NCBI GenBank assembly: GCA_937125225.1
Contig: CAKZLE010000024.1
Coordinates: 113,532-177,531, forward strand
Length of the DNA stretch: 64,000 nt
Reading direction: 5' to 3'
From: an uncultured Spirochaetia bacterium
Lineage (GTDB): Bacteria > Spirochaetota > Spirochaetia > CAKZLE01
This document shows positions 32,812 through 42,000 of the stretch, piece by piece (the stretch's first letter is position 1; each line of letters begins with the position of its first letter). The notes beneath the pieces are model-generated. The model saw nothing but the letters and a program-made list of their open reading frames with translations. It was not told the DNA's origin and searched no databases. A program made the translations under genes and the position numbers.

Positions 32812-33855
32812 CTAGTTTACGTCGAGAACCTCTTTCCAGAAGTTATCTACGACATTACCCTTGAACATCTCAGCCTGTTCAGGTTCGATGTTTCCGATGT
32901 ATGAGTAGAAATCTGCGATAGCATTCTCAGGAGCACCATAGTCCATGCTCTGCTGTACTTCAGGAGTGATGAGGAGTCTTAGCTCTGCCTCTTGCTTACA
33001 TGCCTCGAGGTTCCCCTCTCTACCATTCTCCTCATACCATTTCACGAGCATTCTAGCTTTGAGGTCATGGTCTGCTTCAAGTTCTTCTGCTGCACGATAT
33101 ACAAGGCCCATATAGGTCTTGATCGCATCTGCTTTGTTGTTATATGCATCATTTGAAACAATAAGGTCTCCAGTCGACATGACGAAGTCTGAGAGTGTCG
33201 CTATAGGGACCCATCCATATGTGTCAGCTACAGTGAGTGACCATGGAGTAGGGAATGCTGCGATATCGCCTTCACCTGTTGCGAAGACCTGTTCACCTGT
33301 CTGGTAATCCATAGGGACTTTGCTCACGTCATCGACACCTACACCGATTCTCTCAAGATATTCGATCACGAGCTGGTGCAGTGATGTTCCAGGTGCGAAG
33401 ATGATAGTCTTGTCGGTCACGGTAGAGGGATCTCCATAGACTTCTGGGTAGGTAGGGTTGAATCCCTTTACCTTCAGGATGTCGCTGTCTGCTCGTACGA
33501 AGAGAGTATCACCACGAGTCTCTTCATAGTTTCCTACGAGTTTCGCATCGTTGTTGATGACACCGAATACATATGCCGCACCCTGGAAACCTAGATCCCA
33601 GAGTCCTGCTGCCAATGCTTCGTTAGCGGTAGATCCATTCGAATAGACCTGCAGGTCTATATCAAGACCCTCTTCCTCGGCCCATCCTTTATCTCTGATG
33701 TACATAGCTACCATACCATTGAAGTAGGGCTGTACCATGATTCCTAATTCCGACTTAGCAGCCTCATCTGCTGCTGCGTTGCTCTCTTTCGTTCCCTGTG
33801 CGAATAGTGGGAACACCATCAATAATGCCAATAGCACAACAATAAATCTTTTCAT
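32812..33855 (-). CDS. ABC transporter substrate-binding protein (NMT1/SsuA-like)
   Basis: Signal peptide MKRFIVVLLALLMVFPLFAQG. First gene of the transporter operon. Size and pattern fit NitT/TauT binding proteins. Confidence 0.75.
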   Translation of the reverse strand: MKRFIVVLLALLMVFPLFAQGTKESNAAADEAAKSELGIMVQPYFNGMVAMYIRDKGWAEEEGLDIDLQVYSNGSTANEALAAGLWDLGFQGAAYVFGVINNDAKLVGNYEETRGDTLFVRADSDILKVKGFNPTYPEVYGDPSTVTDKTIIFAPGTSLHQLVIEYLERIGVGVDDVSKVPMDYQTGEQVFATGEGDIAAFPTPWSLTVADTYGWVPIATLSDFVMSTGDLIVSNDAYNNKADAIKTYMGLVYRAAEELEADHDLKARMLVKWYEENGREGNLEACKQEAELRLLITPEVQQSMDYGAPENAIADFYSYIGNIEPEQAEMFKGNVVDNFWKEVLDVN

Positions 33856-34068
33856 TGTTCTCTCCTTTTTGTTTTTGCAATAACAGTATAGCTATGCATT
33901 CTGATTTCCCGATATGGACAAAGCAGGCTACTTTTTAGAATATTCAGTCTTCTTTTAGATCCCGTAATATTATATATATCACATTTACGGTGGTACATTT
34001 AAACATTTTCGTGAGTGTCGGGTTGCTAGATTCCATGGTAGAATCAACTATACGTTTGGAGAAGTAAT

Positions 34069-35823
34069 TTGAGAATCAGAGGAAAACTGCGATTACATTC
34101 TATTCTTTCTCTCTTCATCTCATTGATGGTCATCTCTATCATAGCAGGTCTCGGTATGCTCTCCCTCTCATTATTCAAGACTAAGACCCTTGAGAGTTTT
34201 GCTTCGAGTAGGCAAGATACTTTGCTACAGATCAGTGAGAGTGTCACAAGTTATACCAGTAAGATCGAACTGCTTTCAGAATCCTATGCCGAGATAGACT
34301 ATATCAAGGAACAGGCTGCGATCTCCTCAGAGCATATAGATATTGGATCCTTCAGATCCAGCATCGAGGAGATCCAGACTCAGATCGATGAGTCCTTCTT
34401 CTTCCCCGAGATATCCTATGAGTTACAGATCTTCTGTGATAATGGACTCTCCTATTCATCAGATGAGGGACATCTGGAAACACTGTTAGCTCTTCCTAAG
34501 ACTCTCTGGTTCTATCATGCGATGAAAGAGCATGATGACTCTCTGTGGCAGTCTAATATCCTCTTCAAGGATGAGGCAGGGAAGACTAATGTTATCTCTT
34601 TGGTGAAGTTCATCAAAGATGAACAGGGGAATAACCATGGGGCGGTCCTGATCAATCTCAATGAGCGTCAGCTCTATGAGATCTACTCTCAGATCATCGG
34701 GTTCCAGAGTACGATCTACCTCGTTGACAATAATGGCCAGATAGCATCTCATCCGATCCTGTCGATGGTAGGCAGGTTCTTCTATGACATGAAGATATTC
34801 AATGCCTTCTTTGCCGAGAACAACTGGGCACAGATCACTAAATCAGGAGAGGAGTATCTGTTCTCGAAGTTCACCTCTGCAGATAATCCCTGGATCGTAG
34901 TCGAGGAGATCCCTCTTTCTATGATAACTGATCCACTCGAGCAGGTGACCGCTACGATCTATCTGGTCACGATCCTCTTACTCCTGTTCTCCGTGATCAT
35001 CGCACTTCTCTTATCGAAGAGGGTCTCTAAGCCATTCGAAAGACTCGAGAGATCCATGGAGAGAGCAGGAGAGGGTGATCTGTCGATCACCTTCGAGAAG
35101 TCGGGTTGTTTCGAATCCTTTAACATGGCAGACAGTTCTCAGCAGTTCGTGTCTCAGATACAGGGGCTCATCGATGAGCTCAAGATAACCGAGTCTGAGA
35201 AGAGGGTGAGTGAACTTGAGTTCCTACAGATGCAGATTAACCCTCACTTCATGTATAACACCCTTTTTACCATCCGCTGTATGGTCGATATTGGTCTGAA
35301 AGATGATGCCTGTGAGATGATCGAGAGATTCTCCCATATGTTGAAGAAGGTCTTGAAGATCTCGACACCCATGATCACCATTCTTGATAATATCGACTAT
35401 CTTGAAGACTATGGCTTCATCATGAAACAGCGCTTCGGTTCTCTCAAACTAGACTATGAGATAGAGGAGGGGATAGAACAGGAGGAGATCCTCAAGTTCA
35501 TCCTTCAACCTCTTGTGGAAAACAGCGTCTATCATGGCTTTGCCGATAGTGAGATGGCCTCCTCAAGGATCCTGATCACATTCTCTAGTCTCGGTACGGA
35601 GCTCATAGAGATCCATGTCATAGACAACGGATGTGGGATGAGTGAGGAACAGATATCGAAGATCATCGAGGCCTCAGAGCCGAAGGGCGGTGATCATATA
35701 GGGCTTATCAATGTGAAGACCAAGTTAGAACTCTATTATGAGGGGAGAGCCTCTATACAGATAACATCACAACAGGGAGAAGGTACAGACATCTGTATCA
35801 TAGTCCCAAAGGTGGAGGACTGA
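34069..35823 (+). CDS. Sensor histidine kinase, YesM-like (2 TM, HAMP, His_kinase/HATPase)
   Basis: The QINPHFMYNTLFTI H-box is typical of the LytS/YesM class, with DNGCGM and GLINV ATPase motifs. TTG start with a GGAGAAG RBS. Confidence 0.85.
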   Translation: MRIRGKLRLHSILSLFISLMVISIIAGLGMLSLSLFKTKTLESFASSRQDTLLQISESVTSYTSKIELLSESYAEIDYIKEQAAISSEHIDIGSFRSSIEEIQTQIDESFFFPEISYELQIFCDNGLSYSSDEGHLETLLALPKTLWFYHAMKEHDDSLWQSNILFKDEAGKTNVISLVKFIKDEQGNNHGAVLINLNERQLYEIYSQIIGFQSTIYLVDNNGQIASHPILSMVGRFFYDMKIFNAFFAENNWAQITKSGEEYLFSKFTSADNPWIVVEEIPLSMITDPLEQVTATIYLVTILLLLFSVIIALLLSKRVSKPFERLERSMERAGEGDLSITFEKSGCFESFNMADSSQQFVSQIQGLIDELKITESEKRVSELEFLQMQINPHFMYNTLFTIRCMVDIGLKDDACEMIERFSHMLKKVLKISTPMITILDNIDYLEDYGFIMKQRFGSLKLDYEIEEGIEQEEILKFILQPLVENSVYHGFADSEMASSRILITFSSLGTELIEIHVIDNGCGMSEEQISKIIEASEPKGGDHIGLINVKTKLELYYEGRASIQITSQQGEGTDICIIVPKVED

Positions 35824-35824
35824 T

Positions 35825-37303
35825 ATGAAGATATTAATCATCGATGATGAGATGATGATCAAAGAGTGGTTGAAGATGACTATCTCTTCTCTCTCCTATG
35901 ATATCACCGTCATAGATACCGCCTCCAACGGGGAGGAGGCTCTGAGGTGTTTAGAGCAGGAACTCTATGATCTTATCTTCATCGATGTGATGATGCCGAG
36001 AATGAACGGCCTAGAGTTCCTCAAGACCATCTATTCTCATGATATCGATGCCATGCTTGTCGTATTGAGCAGTCATGATGAGTTCAAGTTCGCCAAGGAG
36101 GCGATCAGATACAATGTGAAGGATTATGTCCTGAAGAACGAGTGTTCGAAAGAGAAACTCGAAGAACTCCTTGGCGAATGCAGGCAGCGAATCGATGATA
36201 AGGGTGAATCTGAATCGAAGAACGAGGAGTTGCTCGAAAGGGCCCTTCATGGGAATATGACTGCAAAGAGTATGAGGGAGATAGCAAAGAGTTTCTCCAA
36301 GATAGGAGGACGGCAACTCTTTGTTGCAGTCTTAGGTAATGATCACCTCAATCTGATACAGAACTATGAGGTAGATACTATGAGGATCAGGCTCGAGGGA
36401 CTCATCGGAAGTACAGAGAATCATGCCTTCTATCTCTTCTCGATCAGCGGAGGGCATCCTGAGAGTTCCTATAATAAGGTGAAGCAGGATTTTGCCGGAC
36501 TCTTAAGTGAACAACTGAAGATGAAAGTCTCATTGAGCAGGACGTGTAAGAGTCCTGATGATATCCTCCCTGAATGTCGGAACGGCTGGATCGGATACCA
36601 ACAACTTTTCTACAGCGATCAGCTTTTCTGCTCAGGACCCACGAGATATAGAGAGCTCGATACCACAGTGGTCGATGCCCTCTGTGATAAGACTCTCTCG
36701 ACTATACGCTCCTATGCGAAGGAGAAGACTGTAGAGAATCTCAAAGAGATCAATGAGTATTTCGCAAGAGAGAGGCCCACTGATGTAGAGTCCCTGATCA
36801 CCGAGTATCTTGCTATCTTGAGTACCTTCATCATCTATAACAACAAGAGTTCAAGGAACCTTACTGAGAAGCTAGAGGCCTTCAGATCTGCAATCTACCG
36901 GTTCGAACGATTCTCAGAGCTCTCAGATTGGATCATAGATACCGTTGAGAGTAATGCAGAACTGATCCAGCGGAATAGTTTCAGTGAATCTGTGGAGAGG
37001 GCCCTTGGATTCATTGAGGAGCACTATAGAGATATCAAGAGTGTCAATGAGATAGCAGATCAGGTGAACCTGAGTATCGACTACTTCTCAAGACATTTCA
37101 AGAAGGAGGTTGGAGTCCCTCTAAACTCCTACCTGATCAACTATCGACTTGATAAAGCCTCTGTCATCCTCCTCTCTAGCAACCTATCAGTTCAAGAGGT
37201 AGCAAAGAAGGTGGGTATAGATAATGGTAGCTACTTCTCAAAATGCTTCAAGAAGAAGTTTCATACCCAGCCGATACGGTTTCGGATCCAGACTAAGGAG
37301 TGA
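35825..37303 (+). CDS. Response regulator with AraC-type HTH output (YesN-like)
   Basis: The REC domain has ILIIDDE and DLIFIDVMMPRMNG. The C-terminus has an AraC HTH (YFSRHFKKEVG...SYFSKCFKKKF). Confidence 0.9.
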   Translation: MKILIIDDEMMIKEWLKMTISSLSYDITVIDTASNGEEALRCLEQELYDLIFIDVMMPRMNGLEFLKTIYSHDIDAMLVVLSSHDEFKFAKEAIRYNVKDYVLKNECSKEKLEELLGECRQRIDDKGESESKNEELLERALHGNMTAKSMREIAKSFSKIGGRQLFVAVLGNDHLNLIQNYEVDTMRIRLEGLIGSTENHAFYLFSISGGHPESSYNKVKQDFAGLLSEQLKMKVSLSRTCKSPDDILPECRNGWIGYQQLFYSDQLFCSGPTRYRELDTTVVDALCDKTLSTIRSYAKEKTVENLKEINEYFARERPTDVESLITEYLAILSTFIIYNNKSSRNLTEKLEAFRSAIYRFERFSELSDWIIDTVESNAELIQRNSFSESVERALGFIEEHYRDIKSVNEIADQVNLSIDYFSRHFKKEVGVPLNSYLINYRLDKASVILLSSNLSVQEVAKKVGIDNGSYFSKCFKKKFHTQPIRFRIQTKE

Positions 37304-37387
37304 TACAGCCATCTTACGGTTATCCTTAGTGTGATTTAGGTCCAAATTTTTTCAATCAATAATAGGTGAAAACTACCCCCCTGACTC

Positions 37388-37426
37388 ATCTCATACCTTA
37401 GGATGAGATACGAGAAAAACTACCCC
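37388..37426 (+). repeat. Hairpin plus A-rich tail unit, copy 1
   Basis: ATCTCAT, an 8-nt loop, ATGAGAT, then ACGAGAAAAACTACCCC. A tail-only copy GAAAACTACCCCC occurs at 37368-37380. Confidence 0.4.
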
Positions 37427-37543
37427 GAATAGCTGGATATAACCAAGAAGAACTCCATGAAAAGTGATGTGTTAGGATAATAGTGGTGTAGCTAAACTAA
37501 TATATTATAAAAAGTTATAAACTTTTGGATATGCCCAAAAGTA

Positions 37544-37577
37544 TCTCATGCTCAAGTATGAGACGTAAAAACTCCCC
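37544..37577 (+). repeat. Hairpin plus A-rich tail unit, copy 2
   Basis: TCTCAT, an 8-nt loop, ATGAGA, then CGTAAAAACTCCCC. Same architecture as copy 1. Confidence 0.4.
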
Positions 37578-37770
37578 ATTTTACTCAGAAATATTGACCT
37601 TCACTAACTATTACCATACTGTGTAAAATCTAATGCAAAGTAGTACGTATCTATTACATGCAGGACTAGTAGTAGTAGAGAGTGAGGAAGAAGTATTTTG
37701 TAGATCGTAGAGGAACGGATTTTAGCTTCTCATAACAAAAAGTGAAATCATAGGACTTAAGGAGTAGATA

Positions 37771-38514
37771 GTGAGAGGTACTATAGGATTGTTGGGAGGA
37801 GTGAATCTAGATGAGGATCTGTGGTATTACCGGAACCTGTTTCTAGCTATCGAGAAGAGGAGTGGAGAGGACTCTTCACCGAGGGTCATCCTCCATGGAG
37901 GGAATGAGAAAGAGCTCAATAGGTTATTACGTGATAAAGATTGGGGGAGCTTGACTGAGTACTACCAGAGAGCAGCAAGAGACCTAGAGGCCTCTGGTGC
38001 AACAAGTCTCGTGTTCTGTAGCGACGTGATGCATCATATTGCACATGATATACAGAAAGTGGTTATGATACCAATCCTACGCATAGAGGAGGCGCTCAAA
38101 CGCTTTCTTGATAGTTCTGGAATCAAGAGGTTGGGGATCATCTGCTGTAATGAACCTGAGGACCATATGCATTACCAGGATATGAAGGATTCTAGGTTAT
38201 TCTTCTGTTCACAAGAGGAGTCACAGCGACTCTTTTCCCTGTTCGAAGACCGCTCACTGCCATTTCAGCGTAGTGATGAGGCATCAGTGGTCATCGGGCA
38301 GCTCTTCGGTCGGATGAGGGAGAAGGGAATCTCTCATATACTTTTGACCGACTCTGAGATCACCTATGCTATTGGTGACAGGATAGATGATATCAAGATC
38401 TATTGCAGCGATACGATCCATAAGGATTATGTGGTTGATACCTTGATCAACGATAGAGAGGCAGAGGTTCTGCATCCTTTACCAAAGAAACATCGCTCAT
38501 TCATAGAGGTCTGA
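37771..38514 (+). CDS. Asp/Glu/hydantoin racemase-superfamily-like protein, possibly non-canonical
   Basis: TIGLLGGV start and LVFCSDVMHH at the first catalytic-Cys position. The expected second GCTE-type Cys motif reads LLTDSE. GTG start with an AAGGAG RBS 6 nt upstream. Confidence 0.45.
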   Translation: MRGTIGLLGGVNLDEDLWYYRNLFLAIEKRSGEDSSPRVILHGGNEKELNRLLRDKDWGSLTEYYQRAARDLEASGATSLVFCSDVMHHIAHDIQKVVMIPILRIEEALKRFLDSSGIKRLGIICCNEPEDHMHYQDMKDSRLFFCSQEESQRLFSLFEDRSLPFQRSDEASVVIGQLFGRMREKGISHILLTDSEITYAIGDRIDDIKIYCSDTIHKDYVVDTLINDREAEVLHPLPKKHRSFIEV

Positions 38515-39261
38515 GTTATCTGTGGCAGCTATGTCAGCGATATAGGTAGCGAGCGTCTTTGCTGCGTCTGTGAAGAATCGTTCAGCCTTGAGTGGGGATG
38601 ATGCAGCAGGATTCCCCACACCGGTATCTGAGGAGACTTTTGTCCATTCACGGGGTGCCCAGACAGCTCGACTTGAAAGACCTGCAGGTCTGAAACCTCT
38701 ACTTGCTCCCTTCCCTGCTTCAGACAGGGGTAGGACGAGTTCGGGATACAGATACTGCATGACACTAGTCTCGAGTTCCCCTGCATGGTCACCCTGTTCT
38801 CTGAAATATTCATCTCCATCTTTGAGGGTCCACCAGTTAGTGAAACAGCAAAAGAGTTCCGGGACATTCTGTTGTAACTCCCTTAGCAGGGGTTTGAAGT
38901 TGTTTCCTCCATGACCGTTGACTATCATGAGCTTTGGGATCTTCTGTTCTCTTAAGGTCAGAGCGATCTCTTCCAAGAGTCGGTATTGGAGGGAGGGGCG
39001 TATGGAGATACAGAGATTGAGATCTCTCTGTCCTGTATTGACGCCATAGGGCATCGCAGGTAATACAGCGATCGAAAGAGGAGAGTCTTCCGGTATGCGT
39101 GCTACAGCCTCCAGAGCTACTGCTCTACTACATAAGGTGTCAGTCCCATAGGGAAGATGCCTGTTATGGGGTTCTGTCGCTCCCCAGGGAAGTATAGCCA
39201 TATCGATTGCCAAGTGTTCTAACTCTTTCCAATGGGCCTTCTCTAGATCAATTGAATTCAT
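38497..39261 (-). CDS. Creatininase-family amidohydrolase
   Basis: ILPWGATEPHNRHLPYGTDT and VNGHGGN motifs. 254 aa. Confidence 0.8.
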   Translation of the reverse strand: MNSIDLEKAHWKELEHLAIDMAILPWGATEPHNRHLPYGTDTLCSRAVALEAVARIPEDSPLSIAVLPAMPYGVNTGQRDLNLCISIRPSLQYRLLEEIALTLREQKIPKLMIVNGHGGNNFKPLLRELQQNVPELFCCFTNWWTLKDGDEYFREQGDHAGELETSVMQYLYPELVLPLSEAGKGASRGFRPAGLSSRAVWAPREWTKVSSDTGVGNPAASSPLKAERFFTDAAKTLATYIADIAATDNSDLYE

Positions 39262-39497
39262 GAGTACCTCTTCTCTCTAGTATAAGGTGATTTTCCCCAA
39301 CCACAAAAGGTTTTTGAAAAAGACTCTCTACTTGAGAATGGTCAGGGAGTTGTTTTCATACAGATACATATAACATAGCGAGAGTTGTATTAAAGATACC
39401 GTAATAGTGAGATAGAACAGATACAGGAACTATGAGGTGATCGATTAACATGGGAGATATCCCTCAAGCCTCTTGAAACGAAGATGGACTTAGCCTA

Positions 39498-39998
39498 CTA
39501 GTTCAATTCCAACGAATCATTAACCCATCTGTCGATCTCTTGGGTATCTCTGGAGTCTAGAGGTGCCCCATCAGGGGTCCCGAATATGAAACGTACGAAG
39601 GTTGGCATAGCTTCTGGTAGCTTTCCACCGAATACCGCGTAACGTGTCACTCCATGACTTCTAGATAATCTCTGGATACCACGAAGTATGAGCTTCTTCC
39701 AGAACGTCCTGCAGGTAGGGTAGAGATAGGATACGACATACAGCCCCTGTAGACGTCCTGAGAGTTGTTCCTTATGGTTAGAGAGGAACTCGGAGAATTC
39801 AGGCATCACCCGCATCCCATGGATCGGTGAACCGAGAATGATCTTATCATAGGTTTCCAGATTCTTGATCGTCTCGAGAGAACAGACCTCGATCGAGATC
39901 TGTTGAGAAGAATTGTTCTCTAGCTGCAGAGCGATCTGCTGTGCAGCTTCCTTAGTCGTCTGTGTCTGTGTTATATAACCGATCAGATAATGTTTCAT
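39498..39998 (-). CDS. Flavodoxin-like domain protein
   Basis: The N-terminal IGYITQTQTTKEAA and ILGSPIHG patterns resemble the flavodoxin/HemG-like fold. Confidence 0.6.
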   Translation of the reverse strand: MKHYLIGYITQTQTTKEAAQQIALQLENNSSQQISIEVCSLETIKNLETYDKIILGSPIHGMRVMPEFSEFLSNHKEQLSGRLQGLYVVSYLYPTCRTFWKKLILRGIQRLSRSHGVTRYAVFGGKLPEAMPTFVRFIFGTPDGAPLDSRDTQEIDRWVNDSLELN

Positions 39999-40029
39999 AC
40001 CTATAGTATACCATAGACTGTTCGCTAGC

Positions 40030-40743
40030 TCATTCTCTATTATAGATGACTGGGGTCTTGTATCTCCATTCCTGCCATATTTCCTCTTCAGTCAACAGTT
40101 CCAGCATGAAATGGGCCACATTGATCCTGCTCGTCTTTCCTGCGTCTGAGATTGGATTCCTCTGTCTTGTCTCATAGAGATCGTACTCACTGACTTCATT
40201 GAGATCGATAAGTGTATCAGGTCTTACCGCTACCCATTCTACTGAAGAACCGGGACCAAGAGTGTTCAGGAGATGATCTCCTGCGATCATATTGTCCCTG
40301 TGTGGGGGCAACAGGAGTCTTAACAGCGATAGGATCAGCTTATCCTTGAAGGAGTTGGTCTCTCCTAGGGGTGCATTGGTATATGCTGTGGTACTCATGA
40401 GGATAAGGCGTTTTGGGATTGGATAGGAGTTCGCAGCCTCTGTGACTCTCTCGACAAAATGAGAGACAAGTCTATGGGGCGGCCCGAACATCCCTTTAAG
40501 ACTGAGATTATGGCCGAGGCAACTAACCACTGCATCACAGTCTGCTATAAGCCCCCGTACCTGCTGGCTATCGAACTTGTCTATCTCGCCTCTCAGGATC
40601 TCAATGTCCTTGTTATCGACAAAGGCTACGGGAATCTTACTCTGTTCCCGAATGACGATCTTCACTGCTATCTTCTTCTGTATCAATTGGGTCACTACGA
40701 GTCTTCCTGTAGCACCACTTGCTCCTAATAGTAATACTTTCAT
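40030..40743 (-). CDS. NAD(P)H-binding (NmrA/BVR-B-like) SDR-fold protein
   Basis: MKVLLLGASGATGRLVV Rossmann motif. The start is set at this Met. Confidence 0.8.
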   Translation of the reverse strand: MKVLLLGASGATGRLVVTQLIQKKIAVKIVIREQSKIPVAFVDNKDIEILRGEIDKFDSQQVRGLIADCDAVVSCLGHNLSLKGMFGPPHRLVSHFVERVTEAANSYPIPKRLILMSTTAYTNAPLGETNSFKDKLILSLLRLLLPPHRDNMIAGDHLLNTLGPGSSVEWVAVRPDTLIDLNEVSEYDLYETRQRNPISDAGKTSRINVAHFMLELLTEEEIWQEWRYKTPVIYNRE

Positions 40744-40831
40744 ATAACTAGTATACCACACTCGCAGGAGTATCTGGGATGATCTTGTTCTCCTAGTTTT
40801 GATCGTGAACCTTCCTGTAAGATTATTGAGA

Positions 40832-41368
40832 TCAGGATTCTACCTCCGGAGTACGTTTGATCTGAGGATCAGTGAAGATATCGGTCTCATCACTGCTATT
40901 GGTCGAGAACTCTGAGATCACCGCACCGGTATCCCCTGCCTGGAACCAGTGAAGTGTATCTGGGTAGATAGTATATTGTTCACCGGGGTTGAGGACTACT
41001 TCAAAAAAGACAGTATAGACCCCTTTTGGATGAGAACAGGTTGGAGTCTTTACAGGAGTTCCCTCTACATAGAGATAGACTCTCCCATAACGACATCTGA
41101 AGGTCTCTTCCTTACCCGCTGATCCATTATGCGCAGGATGACGGTGTTCCGGGCAACTCTGTCCTGGAAAGAGAACCATCTCCTTTGCACAGACTCTGTC
41201 GGTGTTGATATAGGTGATGATCTGAAGACCTGTAGCCTCGAGGTCATCGAGTCCGAAGTCTGCTATCTCTAAACGCTGTTTCTCATCTTCTGATAGGATG
41301 ATATGTGCCTTCTCGTAATATGATAGGGCCTCTTCTCTAGCCTTGTCGTAACGCTCTTGTGAAATCAT
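40832..41368 (-). CDS. D-lyxose/D-mannose ketol-isomerase-like cupin
   Basis: KEMVLFPGQSCPEHRHP cupin metal motif. The size and N-terminal helix are typical of the family. Confidence 0.7.
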   Translation of the reverse strand: MISQERYDKAREEALSYYEKAHIILSEDEKQRLEIADFGLDDLEATGLQIITYINTDRVCAKEMVLFPGQSCPEHRHPAHNGSAGKEETFRCRYGRVYLYVEGTPVKTPTCSHPKGVYTVFFEVVLNPGEQYTIYPDTLHWFQAGDTGAVISEFSTNSSDETDIFTDPQIKRTPEVES

Positions 41369-41379
41369 GATAATACCTC

Positions 41380-42000
41380 CTATACGGTATGGATCGTAAG
41401 ATCTGGTCTTTGTAATCGTGAGATCTCAGATCTTGAGATCCTCTTATCGGTGATAAGCATATCTACCGAAGAGAGGTCTCCTATCTTATACTTGGTTTCT
41501 GTATTGAACTTAGAATAGTCGGCAAGAATGATCACCTTGTGTGCAGCGGAGATCATATAACTTTTTGCCATAGCTGCCTCTTTCGTTGAGGCATAGAGAG
41601 CTCCTGAAGGTGAGATGCCTGAAACACTCATGAAACTCAGGTTCACCTTTACTGTTGAGAGTACCTCACAGGTGTATTCACCATAGGTGGGCATAGCCTC
41701 TTTTGTAGACTCTCCTCCAAGGAGGATGAACTTGTTCTTCAGATACTTATCCCCACCTATGAGGGTTCCGATCCTGTAGGAGTTAGTAATCACCATCATA
41801 TGGCTCTTATCTTTGAGGTAGGAAGAGAATAGGAGAGTCGTACTGCCACCGTCGATGAGCAGGCTCTCTCCATGAGAGATGAGAGTCGATGCGAATCGAC
41901 CGATCCTTTGCTTTTCTTCGATGAAGGGGATATCCCCGAGACTCAGAAGGCTTGAGTGGATCTCTTTCTGTCGTTCGGTTGATTCGTTACCTGCAGTCAT
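41380..42000 (-). CDS. DeoR C-terminal sensor (DeoRC) domain protein lacking the HTH
   Basis: 206 aa with LLIDGGSTT, MVITNS and the DeoRC pattern, but no N-terminal winged helix. The start overlaps the upstream DeoR stop (ATGA). Confidence 0.7.
   Translation of the reverse strand: MTAGNESTERQKEIHSSLLSLGDIPFIEEKQRIGRFASTLISHGESLLIDGGSTTLLFSSYLKDKSHMMVITNSYRIGTLIGGDKYLKNKFILLGGESTKEAMPTYGEYTCEVLSTVKVNLSFMSVSGISPSGALYASTKEAAMAKSYMISAAHKVIILADYSKFNTETKYKIGDLSSVDMLITDKRISRSEISRLQRPDLTIHTV

Noticed and set aside
38497-38514. The 18-bp 3'-end overlap of the convergent racemase-like and creatininase genes, as a possible regulatory antisense arrangement
   Set aside because: Short convergent overlaps are common in compact genomes, and nothing else supports a regulatory function.
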